The notes beneath the pieces were generated by a model. That model did not search any database, was not told where the DNA came from, and saw only the letters and a program-made list of their open reading frames with translations. Of a DNA stretch of 64,000 bases, positions 10,474-19,266 are shown in pieces. A program made the translations under genes and the position numbers. The DNA is from a virus, in IMG/VR virus record IMGVR_UViG_3300032268_000973, positions 32,001-96,000 of that record; one strand, written 5' to 3'. The stretch's first letter is position 1; each line of letters opens with the position of its first letter.

Positions 10474-10501
10474 TTTATTATTCACACTTAAATCACGAAT
10501 T

Positions 10502-11503
10502 GTGATTAAAACGTTATTAGTGGACGGAGACAATCTGTTCAAAATTGGATTTCATGGAGTAAAGGAGTTGTATAATGGTGGAGACCACTTAGGTGGGATC
10601 TACCATTTTATAAACATCTTGAGAAAATTTTTAGAAGAACACAATCATGATAAGGTTGTGGTATTTTGGGATGGAAACTCCAACTCCTCTATAAGGAAAT
10701 CCATATATCCTCAATACAAAGCAAATCGTCGTCAAGATATGAATGAGTTTAAGTACGAATCATATCTTCAACAGAAGTCTCGAGTCAAACAATACCTCGA
10801 GGAGATATTCGTACGTCAAGTTGAAATAATTAACAACGAGGCGGATGACCTTATTGCTTACTATACCAAATTGTCTGTCGATGAAGAAATCATAATTTTT
10901 TCTGCCGACAAAGACTTAACTCAACTTATATCAGAACGGGTAACCATCTATTCTCCGACCTCTAAACAATATTATAGGTATGGAGACATGATTACTATCA
11001 ATAAGGTCAACATACCCCACCAAAACGTCTTATTAACTAAGATTCTAACGGGGGATAAGTCTGACAATATAGATGGTATAGAAATGTTGGGAGAAAAGAC
11101 TTTGGTCAAATTGTTTCCTGAATTGTTGGAGAAATCATGGACTATCGAAGAAATCTTGGATAAGGCACGAAATATCGAGCAAAAGAAAAAACCAAAGGCG
11201 TTAGAAAACATTTTGATTGGTAAAACTAAAAGCGGTACATTTGGCCAAGATTTCTATGAGATAAACAAAAAAATCGTTGACCTACATAACCCTTTGATTA
11301 CTGAAGAAGGAAAAGAATTGGTTGAACAAATTCATACAGACACAATAGACCCCACAGACCGTGGATACAAAAACTTGATGAGAATGATGATGGAGGACGG
11401 CCTCTTCAAGTATCTACCCAAGAACGATGAGGCTTGGGTAAATTTCCTCCGACCATTTATGAAACTTACACGAAAAGAAAAAAGAAATACAAACAAAATT
11501 TAA
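10502..11503 (+). CDS. 5'-3' exonuclease/flap endonuclease (T4 RNase H / Pol I N-terminal type)
   Basis: LLVDGDNL, VVFWDG, YKANRR, EADDLIA, SADKDLTQL, GDKSDNIDGI acidic motifs; GTG start. Confidence 0.88.
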   Translation: MIKTLLVDGDNLFKIGFHGVKELYNGGDHLGGIYHFINILRKFLEEHNHDKVVVFWDGNSNSSIRKSIYPQYKANRRQDMNEFKYESYLQQKSRVKQYLEEIFVRQVEIINNEADDLIAYYTKLSVDEEIIIFSADKDLTQLISERVTIYSPTSKQYYRYGDMITINKVNIPHQNVLLTKILTGDKSDNIDGIEMLGEKTLVKLFPELLEKSWTIEEILDKARNIEQKKKPKALENILIGKTKSGTFGQDFYEINKKIVDLHNPLITEEGKELVEQIHTDTIDPTDRGYKNLMRMMMEDGLFKYLPKNDEAWVNFLRPFMKLTRKEKRNTNKI

Positions 11504-11511
11504 TCTATTCT

Positions 11512-11964
11512 ATGAAAGAACAAGACAGCACAAAAATGGAATTTCTTCTAACACTCAATGACAACATTGTGGTTCAAAGATTTTTCAATGTAAGGGGATA
11601 TAACCCTAACGCAAAAAATTCAATCGAGTTCATTGACATGATCAATGCAATCAAATATGAACTTGAATATCACTTGAAAATGAAAACCGTTATCTATATG
11701 ACGGATAATAGTGAGGCGATCATGCATGACGCAACTATTATGGATACTTCATACACTGATGGGCCTGAAATTTTCAATATGTATGTAAAAAATGGTGACG
11801 TGACACTTTGTCATACAATTTTTGATGGAAAATTTTTTCCACCTAAAGTTCGTTACACCGTTGACGTGAGACCATTCTTGAAAGATATTCTCCGTGATTT
11901 AACTGACATTTTTTCATCCCAAAGATTAAATTTTCAATATTTGGATTTTGATCTGAATAAGTGA
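11512..11964 (+). CDS. hypothetical protein in the replication operon
   Basis: ORF 11434-11964; ATG 11512 (MKEQD), 8 nt after the upstream stop, is the likelier start. Confidence 0.7.
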   Translation: MKEQDSTKMEFLLTLNDNIVVQRFFNVRGYNPNAKNSIEFIDMINAIKYELEYHLKMKTVIYMTDNSEAIMHDATIMDTSYTDGPEIFNMYVKNGDVTLCHTIFDGKFFPPKVRYTVDVRPFLKDILRDLTDIFSSQRLNFQYLDFDLNK

Positions 11965-11998
11965 GTATTTAATATTACTAAGGGAGATAGGAACATAT

Positions 11999-13375
11999 AT
12001 GAATAAAAATTTCGATTATTTGGGTAACACATTTCAGATTCAACTATTGAATCAAATTGTGGTAGACAAAGATTTTTCGTCATCAATACTTGATGTTATT
12101 GAGGCGAATTATTTTGATAACAAGTACTTTAAAATCATTTTACAAATGATTAAGGAGTATTATGTAAAGTATGAATCTACTCCCAACTTCGAAACTCTCG
12201 AACAAATCATTAAGTCTGAAGTTTCTCAAGAATTGGTCGCTAAAATTGTTTTGGATACACTAAAACAAGTTAAGGATGCACCATTCGAAGGAACACAGTT
12301 TGTCCAAGAAAAGGCTTTGAAATTCTGTAAACAACAAGAACTTCAAAAGGCTATGGATAAGGCACAAAAAATTATTACTCAAGGAGATTTTGAATCTTAC
12401 GATAAAGTAGAGGGTTTAGTTAGAGAGGCACTACAAGTAGGGGAGATAGACAAAGGACAGACAGATATTTTCTATGGACTTGAAACCGTTTTGGATGAAG
12501 ACTATAGACATCCAATACCTATGGGTATACCTGGTATTGATAGACTACTTAAGGGTGGTTTAGCGAAGGGAGAGATTGGTGTAATCCTTGCACCAACTGG
12601 TGTGGGTAAGACAACTATCTTAACCAAGATTGCAAATACTGCATTCAACTTGGGATACAATGTCCTTCAGGTATTCTTCGAAGACAATCCTAAAATTGTC
12701 CAAAGGAAACACTTCACAATATGGACAGGTATTCCACCTGATGAGTTGGCAAAACATAGAGAAGATGTAATGTCTAAGATTACTGAAATACAAGAGACAA
12801 TGAAAAACAAACTTGTATTGAAGAAGTTAGCATCTGATACTATGACAATGAACCAACTTAAAAATCAGGTTAGAAAAATGATTGCGGATGGAAACAAAAT
12901 TGATATGATTATGTTAGATTATATCGACTGTGTATTACCTGAGTCATCATCAAAGGATGAGTGGAAAGCCGAAGGTTCGGTAATGAGAGGGTTTGAGGCA
13001 ATGTGCCACGAACTCAACTTGGTTGGTTGGACTGCAACTCAAGGGAATAGAAGTTCTATTTCTTCAGAGGTAGTTACTACAGACCAAATGGGTGGGTCAA
13101 TCAAAAAGGCCCAAGTTGGACACGTCATCATCACGGTGGCAAAGACACTTCAACAAAAAGAAATGAATCTGGCGACAATCGCGATAACAAAGTCTCGTCT
13201 TGGAAAAGATGGGGTTGTTTTCGAGAACTGTAAATTCAACAATGAACTTCTTGAAATTGATACTGAAAGTTCAGTAACGTTCTTAGGATTTGAGGAACAA
13301 CAAGAAGAGAAGAAGAGAGACAGAGTCAAAGAATTGATGGAGAAGAGAAAACAAAAGGAACAACAACAATTATAA
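11999..13375 (+). CDS. dnaB: DnaB/gp41-like replicative helicase
   Basis: Walker A APTGVGKT, Walker B IMLDYID, WTATQGNR, KSRLG; DnaB-like N-terminal domain. Confidence 0.88.
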   Translation: MNKNFDYLGNTFQIQLLNQIVVDKDFSSSILDVIEANYFDNKYFKIILQMIKEYYVKYESTPNFETLEQIIKSEVSQELVAKIVLDTLKQVKDAPFEGTQFVQEKALKFCKQQELQKAMDKAQKIITQGDFESYDKVEGLVREALQVGEIDKGQTDIFYGLETVLDEDYRHPIPMGIPGIDRLLKGGLAKGEIGVILAPTGVGKTTILTKIANTAFNLGYNVLQVFFEDNPKIVQRKHFTIWTGIPPDELAKHREDVMSKITEIQETMKNKLVLKKLASDTMTMNQLKNQVRKMIADGNKIDMIMLDYIDCVLPESSSKDEWKAEGSVMRGFEAMCHELNLVGWTATQGNRSSISSEVVTTDQMGGSIKKAQVGHVIITVAKTLQQKEMNLATIAITKSRLGKDGVVFENCKFNNELLEIDTESSVTFLGFEEQQEEKKRDRVKELMEKRKQKEQQQL

Positions 13376-13390
13376 AACACACAATTAATT

Positions 13391-14338
13391 ATGGAAAAAA
13401 TTTTAATAGAGAATCCCAACAGATTCGTTATATTCCCCATTGAGCACAATGATATTTGGGAATTTTACAAACAACATCAAGCAGCATTTTGGACTGCTGA
13501 AGAGGTGGATTTGACTAACGATATTAGAGATTGGAATAATCTTACTGAAAATGAACAATATTTTGTTAAAAATATTTTATCATTCTTCGCAGCTTCTGAT
13601 GGTATTGTTAATGAAAATCTTGCAGAAAATTTCTTAAAGGAAGTACAATATCCTGAAGCTAAATTTTTCTATGGATTTCAGTTGATGATGGAAAACATTC
13701 ATAGCTTGATGTATTCATTACTCATCGATACATATATCTCAAACGAAAAAGAAAAACAACTTTGTTTTACCGCATTGGATAATCTACCTGCAGTTCAAAA
13801 GAAGGCTAAGTGGGCTCTTGATTGGATTGAAAACGCATCCTTTCAAGAGAGACTTGTGGCATTCGCGGCGGTTGAAGGTATTTTCTTTTCAGGATCTTTC
13901 TGTTCAATTTTCTGGTTGAAGTCGAGAGGTATTATGCAAGGTTTGTGTAATGCAAACAGTTTGATTTTCAAAGATGAAAATCTTCACTGCGACTTTGCAA
14001 TTCACTTGGTTAATAACCACTTGGAAACTAAACCATCAGAAAAAAGAATCAAAGAAATTCTATTGTCTGCATTGGAGATTGAAAAAGAATTCATCACTGA
14101 ATCATTACCTGTTTCACTTATTGGTATGAACTCCAATCTTATGAAACAATATTTGGAATTCGTTACTGATGGATTGTTGGTTAAGTTTGGATGTAAAAAA
14201 GAATTTAATGTTGAACAACCATTCAAGTTTATGGAACAGATTGCAGTTGAAACAAAGGGTAACTTCTTTGAGTCAAGAACAATGGAATACCAAAAAGCTA
14301 AACTAAACGAAGAGTTATCATTTGATTCTGATTTTTAA
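13391..14338 (+). CDS. nrdB: ribonucleotide reductase class Ia beta subunit
   Basis: [38 protein letters not shown] (radical Tyr), [19 protein letters not shown]. Confidence 0.95.
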   Translation: MEKILIENPNRFVIFPIEHNDIWEFYKQHQAAFWTAEEVDLTNDIRDWNNLTENEQYFVKNILSFFAASDGIVNENLAENFLKEVQYPEAKFFYGFQLMMENIHSLMYSLLIDTYISNEKEKQLCFTALDNLPAVQKKAKWALDWIENASFQERLVAFAAVEGIFFSGSFCSIFWLKSRGIMQGLCNANSLIFKDENLHCDFAIHLVNNHLETKPSEKRIKEILLSALEIEKEFITESLPVSLIGMNSNLMKQYLEFVTDGLLVKFGCKKEFNVEQPFKFMEQIAVETKGNFFESRTMEYQKAKLNEELSFDSDF

Positions 14339-14356
14339 TTTAATATTTTTATATCT

Positions 14357-16783
14357 ATGATGTCATTAAAAATTAAAAAGAGAAACGGGGATGACGTTGC
14401 GTTCAATCCTCAAAAAATTTATAATAGAATTAAACGTGCGGCAAAAGGTTTGACTGTAAACTCTGATGAGATTTTCATTAAAGTGATTACATCAGTACCA
14501 ACTGAAGGTAACATAACTACAAAGGAGTTAGATAAACTTGTATATGAAATTGCTGCGGCATATACTGGAAGTCACTATGATTATTCGAGACTTGCTGCGT
14601 CAGTTGCTATCTCATCGTATCATAAAGAAACTGACCCAAGTTTTTCAAATGTAATGCATACCCTTCATGTTGATGGTGTTGTTCACGATGAACTTATGGA
14701 GATGATTGAGAAGTATGGACCTTCTAAGATTGATGAGGTTATCAATCATGAGAATGATTACAACTTTGATTATTTTGGATGGAGATCGCTACAAGAAATG
14801 TATTTGTTGAAAACTCCACAAGGTAAAGTAATTGAAAGACCTCAACACATGTATATGAGAGTTGCTCTGTGGGTTACTAATTCATTCGAAGAAGCGGTAG
14901 AATATTACCATTCATTATCAAGTCAACGTATTTCTAAGGCGACTCCAATTATGATTAACTCAGGAACTAAAGTTCCTCAGTTAGCATCTTGTGTGTTACA
15001 TTACAACAACTCAGATTCAAGAGATGGATTATTGAAAACCTTAAATGATATTTCAACATATTCTTCAGATGCAGCAGGTATTGGATTATCTATGTCCAAC
15101 ATTAGGAGTAAAGAAAGTAGAATCAAATCATCTGGTGGTTTCGCTGGTGGATTGTTAAAATATCTTAAGATTGTAAACGAATCTTTAAGGTTCTTCAACC
15201 AACAAGGAAGAAGACCTGGTAGTGCTGCGATATACTTGGAACCATGGCACAAAGATATTTTCGATTTATTGGATATCAAAAAGAATACAGGTGCTGAAGA
15301 ATTGAGAGCAAGAGATTTATTTACTGCACTTTGGATTCCTGATAATTTCATGAGAGCGGTAAAAAACAATGAAGATTGGTATTTGTTCTGTCCAAATGAT
15401 ATTATCAAAGCTGGTATCAAACCTTTACAAGAGTGTTATGGTGAAGAGTATGAACAAAACTATCGTAAGGCAGTTGACTTGGGTATTGGTCGTAAAGTGA
15501 AGGCACAAGAGGTATGGAGTAAGGTAATTGAATCTCAAATTGAGACGGGTGTTCCTTACTTGTGTGCTAAGGATAGTGCGAATAAGAAAACAAACCATCA
15601 AAACATTGGTGTGATTAAGCAATCTAACCTATGTAATGAAATTTATCAGTACACTGACGAAAAGACTACTGCAATTTGCACCCTATCTTCAATTGTGTTG
15701 AAAAACTTTATTGTTGACGGTAAGTTTGATTATAACCTTCTAATCCAAGAAGTAAGAAAGGCTGTAAGAGCATTGAATAATGTTATTGATAAAAACAATT
15801 ATTCTACAGAAAAGGGTCTTAAGGGTGGTCTTGAACAACGAGCAATCGGAATTGGTGTTCAAGGATTAGCGGATGTGTTTTGTCTTTTGGATTACGTTTT
15901 CACTTCGGATGAAGCCAAAGCGTTGAATAAGAATATCTTCGAGGCAATTTATTTCGCGGCAGTTACTGAGAGTAATGAATTGTGTAAGAAAGGTATCAGA
16001 AAACCTTATGAGTTCTTCAAAGGTTCTCCAATGTCGAAAGGTATTTTCCAATTTGATATGTGGGGTCTTAATGACTCTGATTTGTTCTTGGATTGGGAAA
16101 CATTAAAAAAAGATGTTCAAGAATATGGTGTTTGTAATTCATTATTCACCGCTCAGATGCCAGTTGCGTCATCAGCTAAGATTACAGGTTCATTTGAAAT
16201 GACCGAACCAGCACACTCTGCGTTATTTAATAGACGTGTTGTAGGTGGTGAAATTATGATTGTAAACAAATACTTGATTACTGACTTTGAGAAAATTGGT
16301 ATTTGGTCTGAGGATTTGAAAAATGAAATTATTTTGAATGAAGGATCAATTCAAAACATTAACTTTAATCAATATCTTGATGTTGAGGATAAAAACTACA
16401 ACAAAAAAGTTAAAAGAATTGAACACTTGATTCCAAAATATAAAACTATTTGGGAGATTTCACAGAAAGAATTGATTAACATGGCGGCAGACAGAGCACC
16501 ATTTATTGATCAATCTCAATCTATGAACATTTATATGCCGAATCCAACATTGTCAAAGATTACATCATCTCACTTTCATTCGTGGGAAAAGGGGTTGAAA
16601 ACATTATGTTACTATGTGAGAACTAAAGCGATTTCAACTGGAGCAAAACACTTAGCATTGGATATGACAAAGGTACAAAAACCTAAACCAAATGTTGAAA
16701 TTCCTAAAGTAGATTACAGTAGTATGAATTTACCACCAAAACCTGAAGGAATCGAAATTGAATGTTTCGGATGTTCTTCATAA
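14357..16783 (+). CDS. nrdA: ribonucleotide reductase class Ia alpha subunit with ATP cone
   Basis: N-terminal ATP cone (IKKRNG...FNPQKI), SCVL, QSNLCNEI, CTLSS, CYYVR, C-terminal CFGC. Confidence 0.95.
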   Translation: MMSLKIKKRNGDDVAFNPQKIYNRIKRAAKGLTVNSDEIFIKVITSVPTEGNITTKELDKLVYEIAAAYTGSHYDYSRLAASVAISSYHKETDPSFSNVMHTLHVDGVVHDELMEMIEKYGPSKIDEVINHENDYNFDYFGWRSLQEMYLLKTPQGKVIERPQHMYMRVALWVTNSFEEAVEYYHSLSSQRISKATPIMINSGTKVPQLASCVLHYNNSDSRDGLLKTLNDISTYSSDAAGIGLSMSNIRSKESRIKSSGGFAGGLLKYLKIVNESLRFFNQQGRRPGSAAIYLEPWHKDIFDLLDIKKNTGAEELRARDLFTALWIPDNFMRAVKNNEDWYLFCPNDIIKAGIKPLQECYGEEYEQNYRKAVDLGIGRKVKAQEVWSKVIESQIETGVPYLCAKDSANKKTNHQNIGVIKQSNLCNEIYQYTDEKTTAICTLSSIVLKNFIVDGKFDYNLLIQEVRKAVRALNNVIDKNNYSTEKGLKGGLEQRAIGIGVQGLADVFCLLDYVFTSDEAKALNKNIFEAIYFAAVTESNELCKKGIRKPYEFFKGSPMSKGIFQFDMWGLNDSDLFLDWETLKKDVQEYGVCNSLFTAQMPVASSAKITGSFEMTEPAHSALFNRRVVGGEIMIVNKYLITDFEKIGIWSEDLKNEIILNEGSIQNINFNQYLDVEDKNYNKKVKRIEHLIPKYKTIWEISQKELINMAADRAPFIDQSQSMNIYMPNPTLSKITSSHFHSWEKGLKTLCYYVRTKAISTGAKHLALDMTKVQKPKPNVEIPKVDYSSMNLPPKPEGIEIECFGCSS

Positions 16784-16789
16784 AATAAT

Positions 16790-16817
16790 AAAAATCCCAA
16801 CATGAGTTGGGATTTTT
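16790..16817 (+). terminator. rho-independent terminator, likely bidirectional
   Basis: AAAAATCCCAAC-ATGA-GTTGGGATTTTT, 12-bp perfect stem after the nrdA stop. Confidence 0.85.
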
Positions 16818-16827
16818 CATTTTAGGC

Positions 16828-16861
16828 TATTTATAAGGAAACTAACCGTAGTATATTTATC
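16828..16861 (+). promoter_or_regulatory. putative late promoter(s): TATTTATA (16828-16835) and TATTTATC (16854-16861)
   Basis: Lie between the terminator and the gp25-like ATG at 16865. Confidence 0.55.
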
Positions 16862-16864
16862 TTT

Positions 16865-17335
16865 ATGGCAAATGGTGTAACATATGGACTTAATTTTCCA
16901 TTCAGAGATTCTAGACGAGGTGATTATTTAGAACTCACGGAACTAGAGTCTCAACAAATTAAATCGGATTTGATTCACTTATTATTAACTAGAAAAGGAA
17001 GTAGGTATTATTTACCTGAGTTTGGAACTAGATTATATGAATTTATATTCGAACCTTTTGATGGATTGACATTTGATGCTATTCAATCTGACATCCGAGA
17101 TGCGGTTGAGACATTCATGCCAAACTTACTTTTAAATAATATATCAATAACACCAGCTGATCCTGAGTTTGAGGTTGACACAATGATTGGTCAGAATACA
17201 GTTGGAACGAGTGAATCTCCAGTATATCGATTTCCTGGTAAGGGAACTTCAGAATACACTGCTAAAGTAAGAATAGATTACGCAAATAATAGAAGTTCTT
17301 TTGCCCAAAGTGATTTCGTTATTATCAATATTTAA
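16865..17335 (+). CDS. baseplate wedge protein, gp25/GPW-like
   Basis: IKSDLIHLLLTRKGSRYYLPEFGTRLYEFIFEP is the gp25 family signature. Confidence 0.9.
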   Translation: MANGVTYGLNFPFRDSRRGDYLELTELESQQIKSDLIHLLLTRKGSRYYLPEFGTRLYEFIFEPFDGLTFDAIQSDIRDAVETFMPNLLLNNISITPADPEFEVDTMIGQNTVGTSESPVYRFPGKGTSEYTAKVRIDYANNRSSFAQSDFVIINI

Positions 17336-17340
17336 TATAG

Positions 17341-19179
17341 ATGGCAAATCGTAAAATATCATACACCACAAGAGACTATCAGGGAATAAGAACTGAATTG
17401 TTGAATTATGTTAGAACATATTATCCTGAACTTATTCAGGATTTTAATGATGCTTCAGTTTTCTCTGTCTTTTTAGATTTAAATGCTGCGGTTGCGGACA
17501 ACCTACATTACCACATAGATAGAAGTATTCAAGAAACAGTTCTTCAATACGCACAACAAAGATCTTCAATATATAACATAGCTCGAACTTATGGTTTGAA
17601 ATTGCCAGGTCAAAGACCTTCTGTTGCATTAGTTGATTTTTCAATTACAGTTCCTGCTTTTGGAGATCAAGAAGACCAAAGATATCTTGGAATTTTAACA
17701 AGAGGATCTCAAGTTTCAGGTGCTGGTATTGTTTTCGAAAACATATATGACATCGATTTCAGTTCTCCGTATAATGCACAAGGATTTCCGAATAGATTAA
17801 AAATACCTAACTTCAATGCCAATAATGTTTTAATCAATTACACAATTACAAAAAGAGAACTTGTTGTTAATGGTGTAACTAAAGTATTCAAGAGAGTAAT
17901 AACACCAAATGATGTTAAACCTTTCTTTGAATTATTTTTACCTGAGAAAAATGTGTTGGGTATTACAAGTGTTCTCTTAAAAAGTGGAACTGAGTATACG
18001 AACTTACCATCAACCGCTGAATTCTTAGGGGCAACCAATAAATGGTATGAGGTTGATGCTTTAGCTGAAGATAGAGTTTTCATTGAAGATCCTACAAAAG
18101 TATCGGACCAACCTGGAATTAAAGTTGGAAGATATGTTCAAACATCAAATAGATTCATAAGTGAATACACACCTGAAGGTTTTAAAAAATTAACTTTTGG
18201 TGGAGGAACTAATACCGCTCAAGATTCTTTGGATCAATTTACAACATTGGGAGCGACAATTGATATTCAAAGATATTCTAACAACATATCATTAGGATCG
18301 GCGTTGATACCTAACTCAACTTTGTTTGTCCAATATAGAATTGGTGGAGGTTTAGGGACTAACTTGGGAACAAATGTCATTAGCCAAATAGGAACAGTTT
18401 CATTTTTTGTAAATGGGCCATCTGAGTTGACTAACTCCTCGGTAGTTAATTCCCTTAGATGTAACAACGTCACAGCAGCTATTGGTGGTGCTGGGCTTCC
18501 TTCGTTGGAGGAAATTAGAAATTATGTATCGTTTAATTTCTCGGCACAAAAAAGAGCAGTCACGGTTCAAGATTATGAATCAATTATTAGGAATATGCCA
18601 TCTGAATTCGGAGCTCCTGCAAAAGTTGCGATTACTGAAGATAACAATAAGATTTTGATACAGATATTATCATACGACACTTCAGGTAAATTGACAAACA
18701 TCGTTTCTAATACATTGAAACAAAACATTGCAACATATCTTTCTAACTATAGAATGATCAATGATTATATCTCGATATTGACTGCTGAAGTTATTGACTT
18801 GAGTTTAGAAATATCAATTGTATTGGATTCGGCTCAAAACTCAGGACAAGTTATTGCAGATGTTGTTGACAGAGTATCAACATATTTTAATCCGCAAACC
18901 AGACAGTTAGGGCAAAACGTATACCTTTCTGAGGTACAAAGTATTGTTCAAAATCAGAATGGTGTGTTAACTGTTGCGGACATTAAAGTTTTCAACAACG
19001 TTGGGGGGCAATATTCTTCGGCTGAAACATCAATGAGGTATTCAAATCCTGAAACAAAAGAAATACAACCTGTTGATGACACAATTTTTGCACAACCTTC
19101 ACAAGTTTATCAAATAAGATATCCAAACAAAGATATTCGAGTTTTGGTGAAAAACTTTCAATCAGTAACCTTCAGTTGA
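17341..19179 (+). CDS. baseplate wedge protein, gp6/baseplate J-like
   Basis: ISYTTRDYQGIRTEL, QRSSIYNIARTYG, GGAGLPSLEEIR, AQKRAVTVQDY; follows the gp25-like gene. Confidence 0.85.
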   Translation: MANRKISYTTRDYQGIRTELLNYVRTYYPELIQDFNDASVFSVFLDLNAAVADNLHYHIDRSIQETVLQYAQQRSSIYNIARTYGLKLPGQRPSVALVDFSITVPAFGDQEDQRYLGILTRGSQVSGAGIVFENIYDIDFSSPYNAQGFPNRLKIPNFNANNVLINYTITKRELVVNGVTKVFKRVITPNDVKPFFELFLPEKNVLGITSVLLKSGTEYTNLPSTAEFLGATNKWYEVDALAEDRVFIEDPTKVSDQPGIKVGRYVQTSNRFISEYTPEGFKKLTFGGGTNTAQDSLDQFTTLGATIDIQRYSNNISLGSALIPNSTLFVQYRIGGGLGTNLGTNVISQIGTVSFFVNGPSELTNSSVVNSLRCNNVTAAIGGAGLPSLEEIRNYVSFNFSAQKRAVTVQDYESIIRNMPSEFGAPAKVAITEDNNKILIQILSYDTSGKLTNIVSNTLKQNIATYLSNYRMINDYISILTAEVIDLSLEISIVLDSAQNSGQVIADVVDRVSTYFNPQTRQLGQNVYLSEVQSIVQNQNGVLTVADIKVFNNVGGQYSSAETSMRYSNPETKEIQPVDDTIFAQPSQVYQIRYPNKDIRVLVKNFQSVTFS

Positions 19180-19243
19180 TAGGTTTATTATCCCTATTTA
19201 TTGTTTATGATTTTAGGTGTGTGTTAGAAAATAACACCTAAAC

Positions 19244-19251
19244 TATTTATA
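19244..19251 (+). promoter_or_regulatory. putative late promoter TATTTATA
   Basis: Inside the 15-mer TAAACTATTTATAAA (19239-19253), identical to 27594-27608; 15 nt before the ATG. Confidence 0.6.
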
Positions 19252-19266
19252 AACTAAAGATATTAT

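Noticed and set aside
11966-11973. TATTTAAT before the helicase as another late promoter
   Set aside because: It has two mismatches to the octamer in AT-rich DNA and precedes a replication gene; insufficient support.
11999-16783. Inteins, introns or homing endonucleases in helicase and nrd genes
   Set aside because: Lengths and motif spacing are ordinary; no splice-junction or endonuclease motifs were seen.
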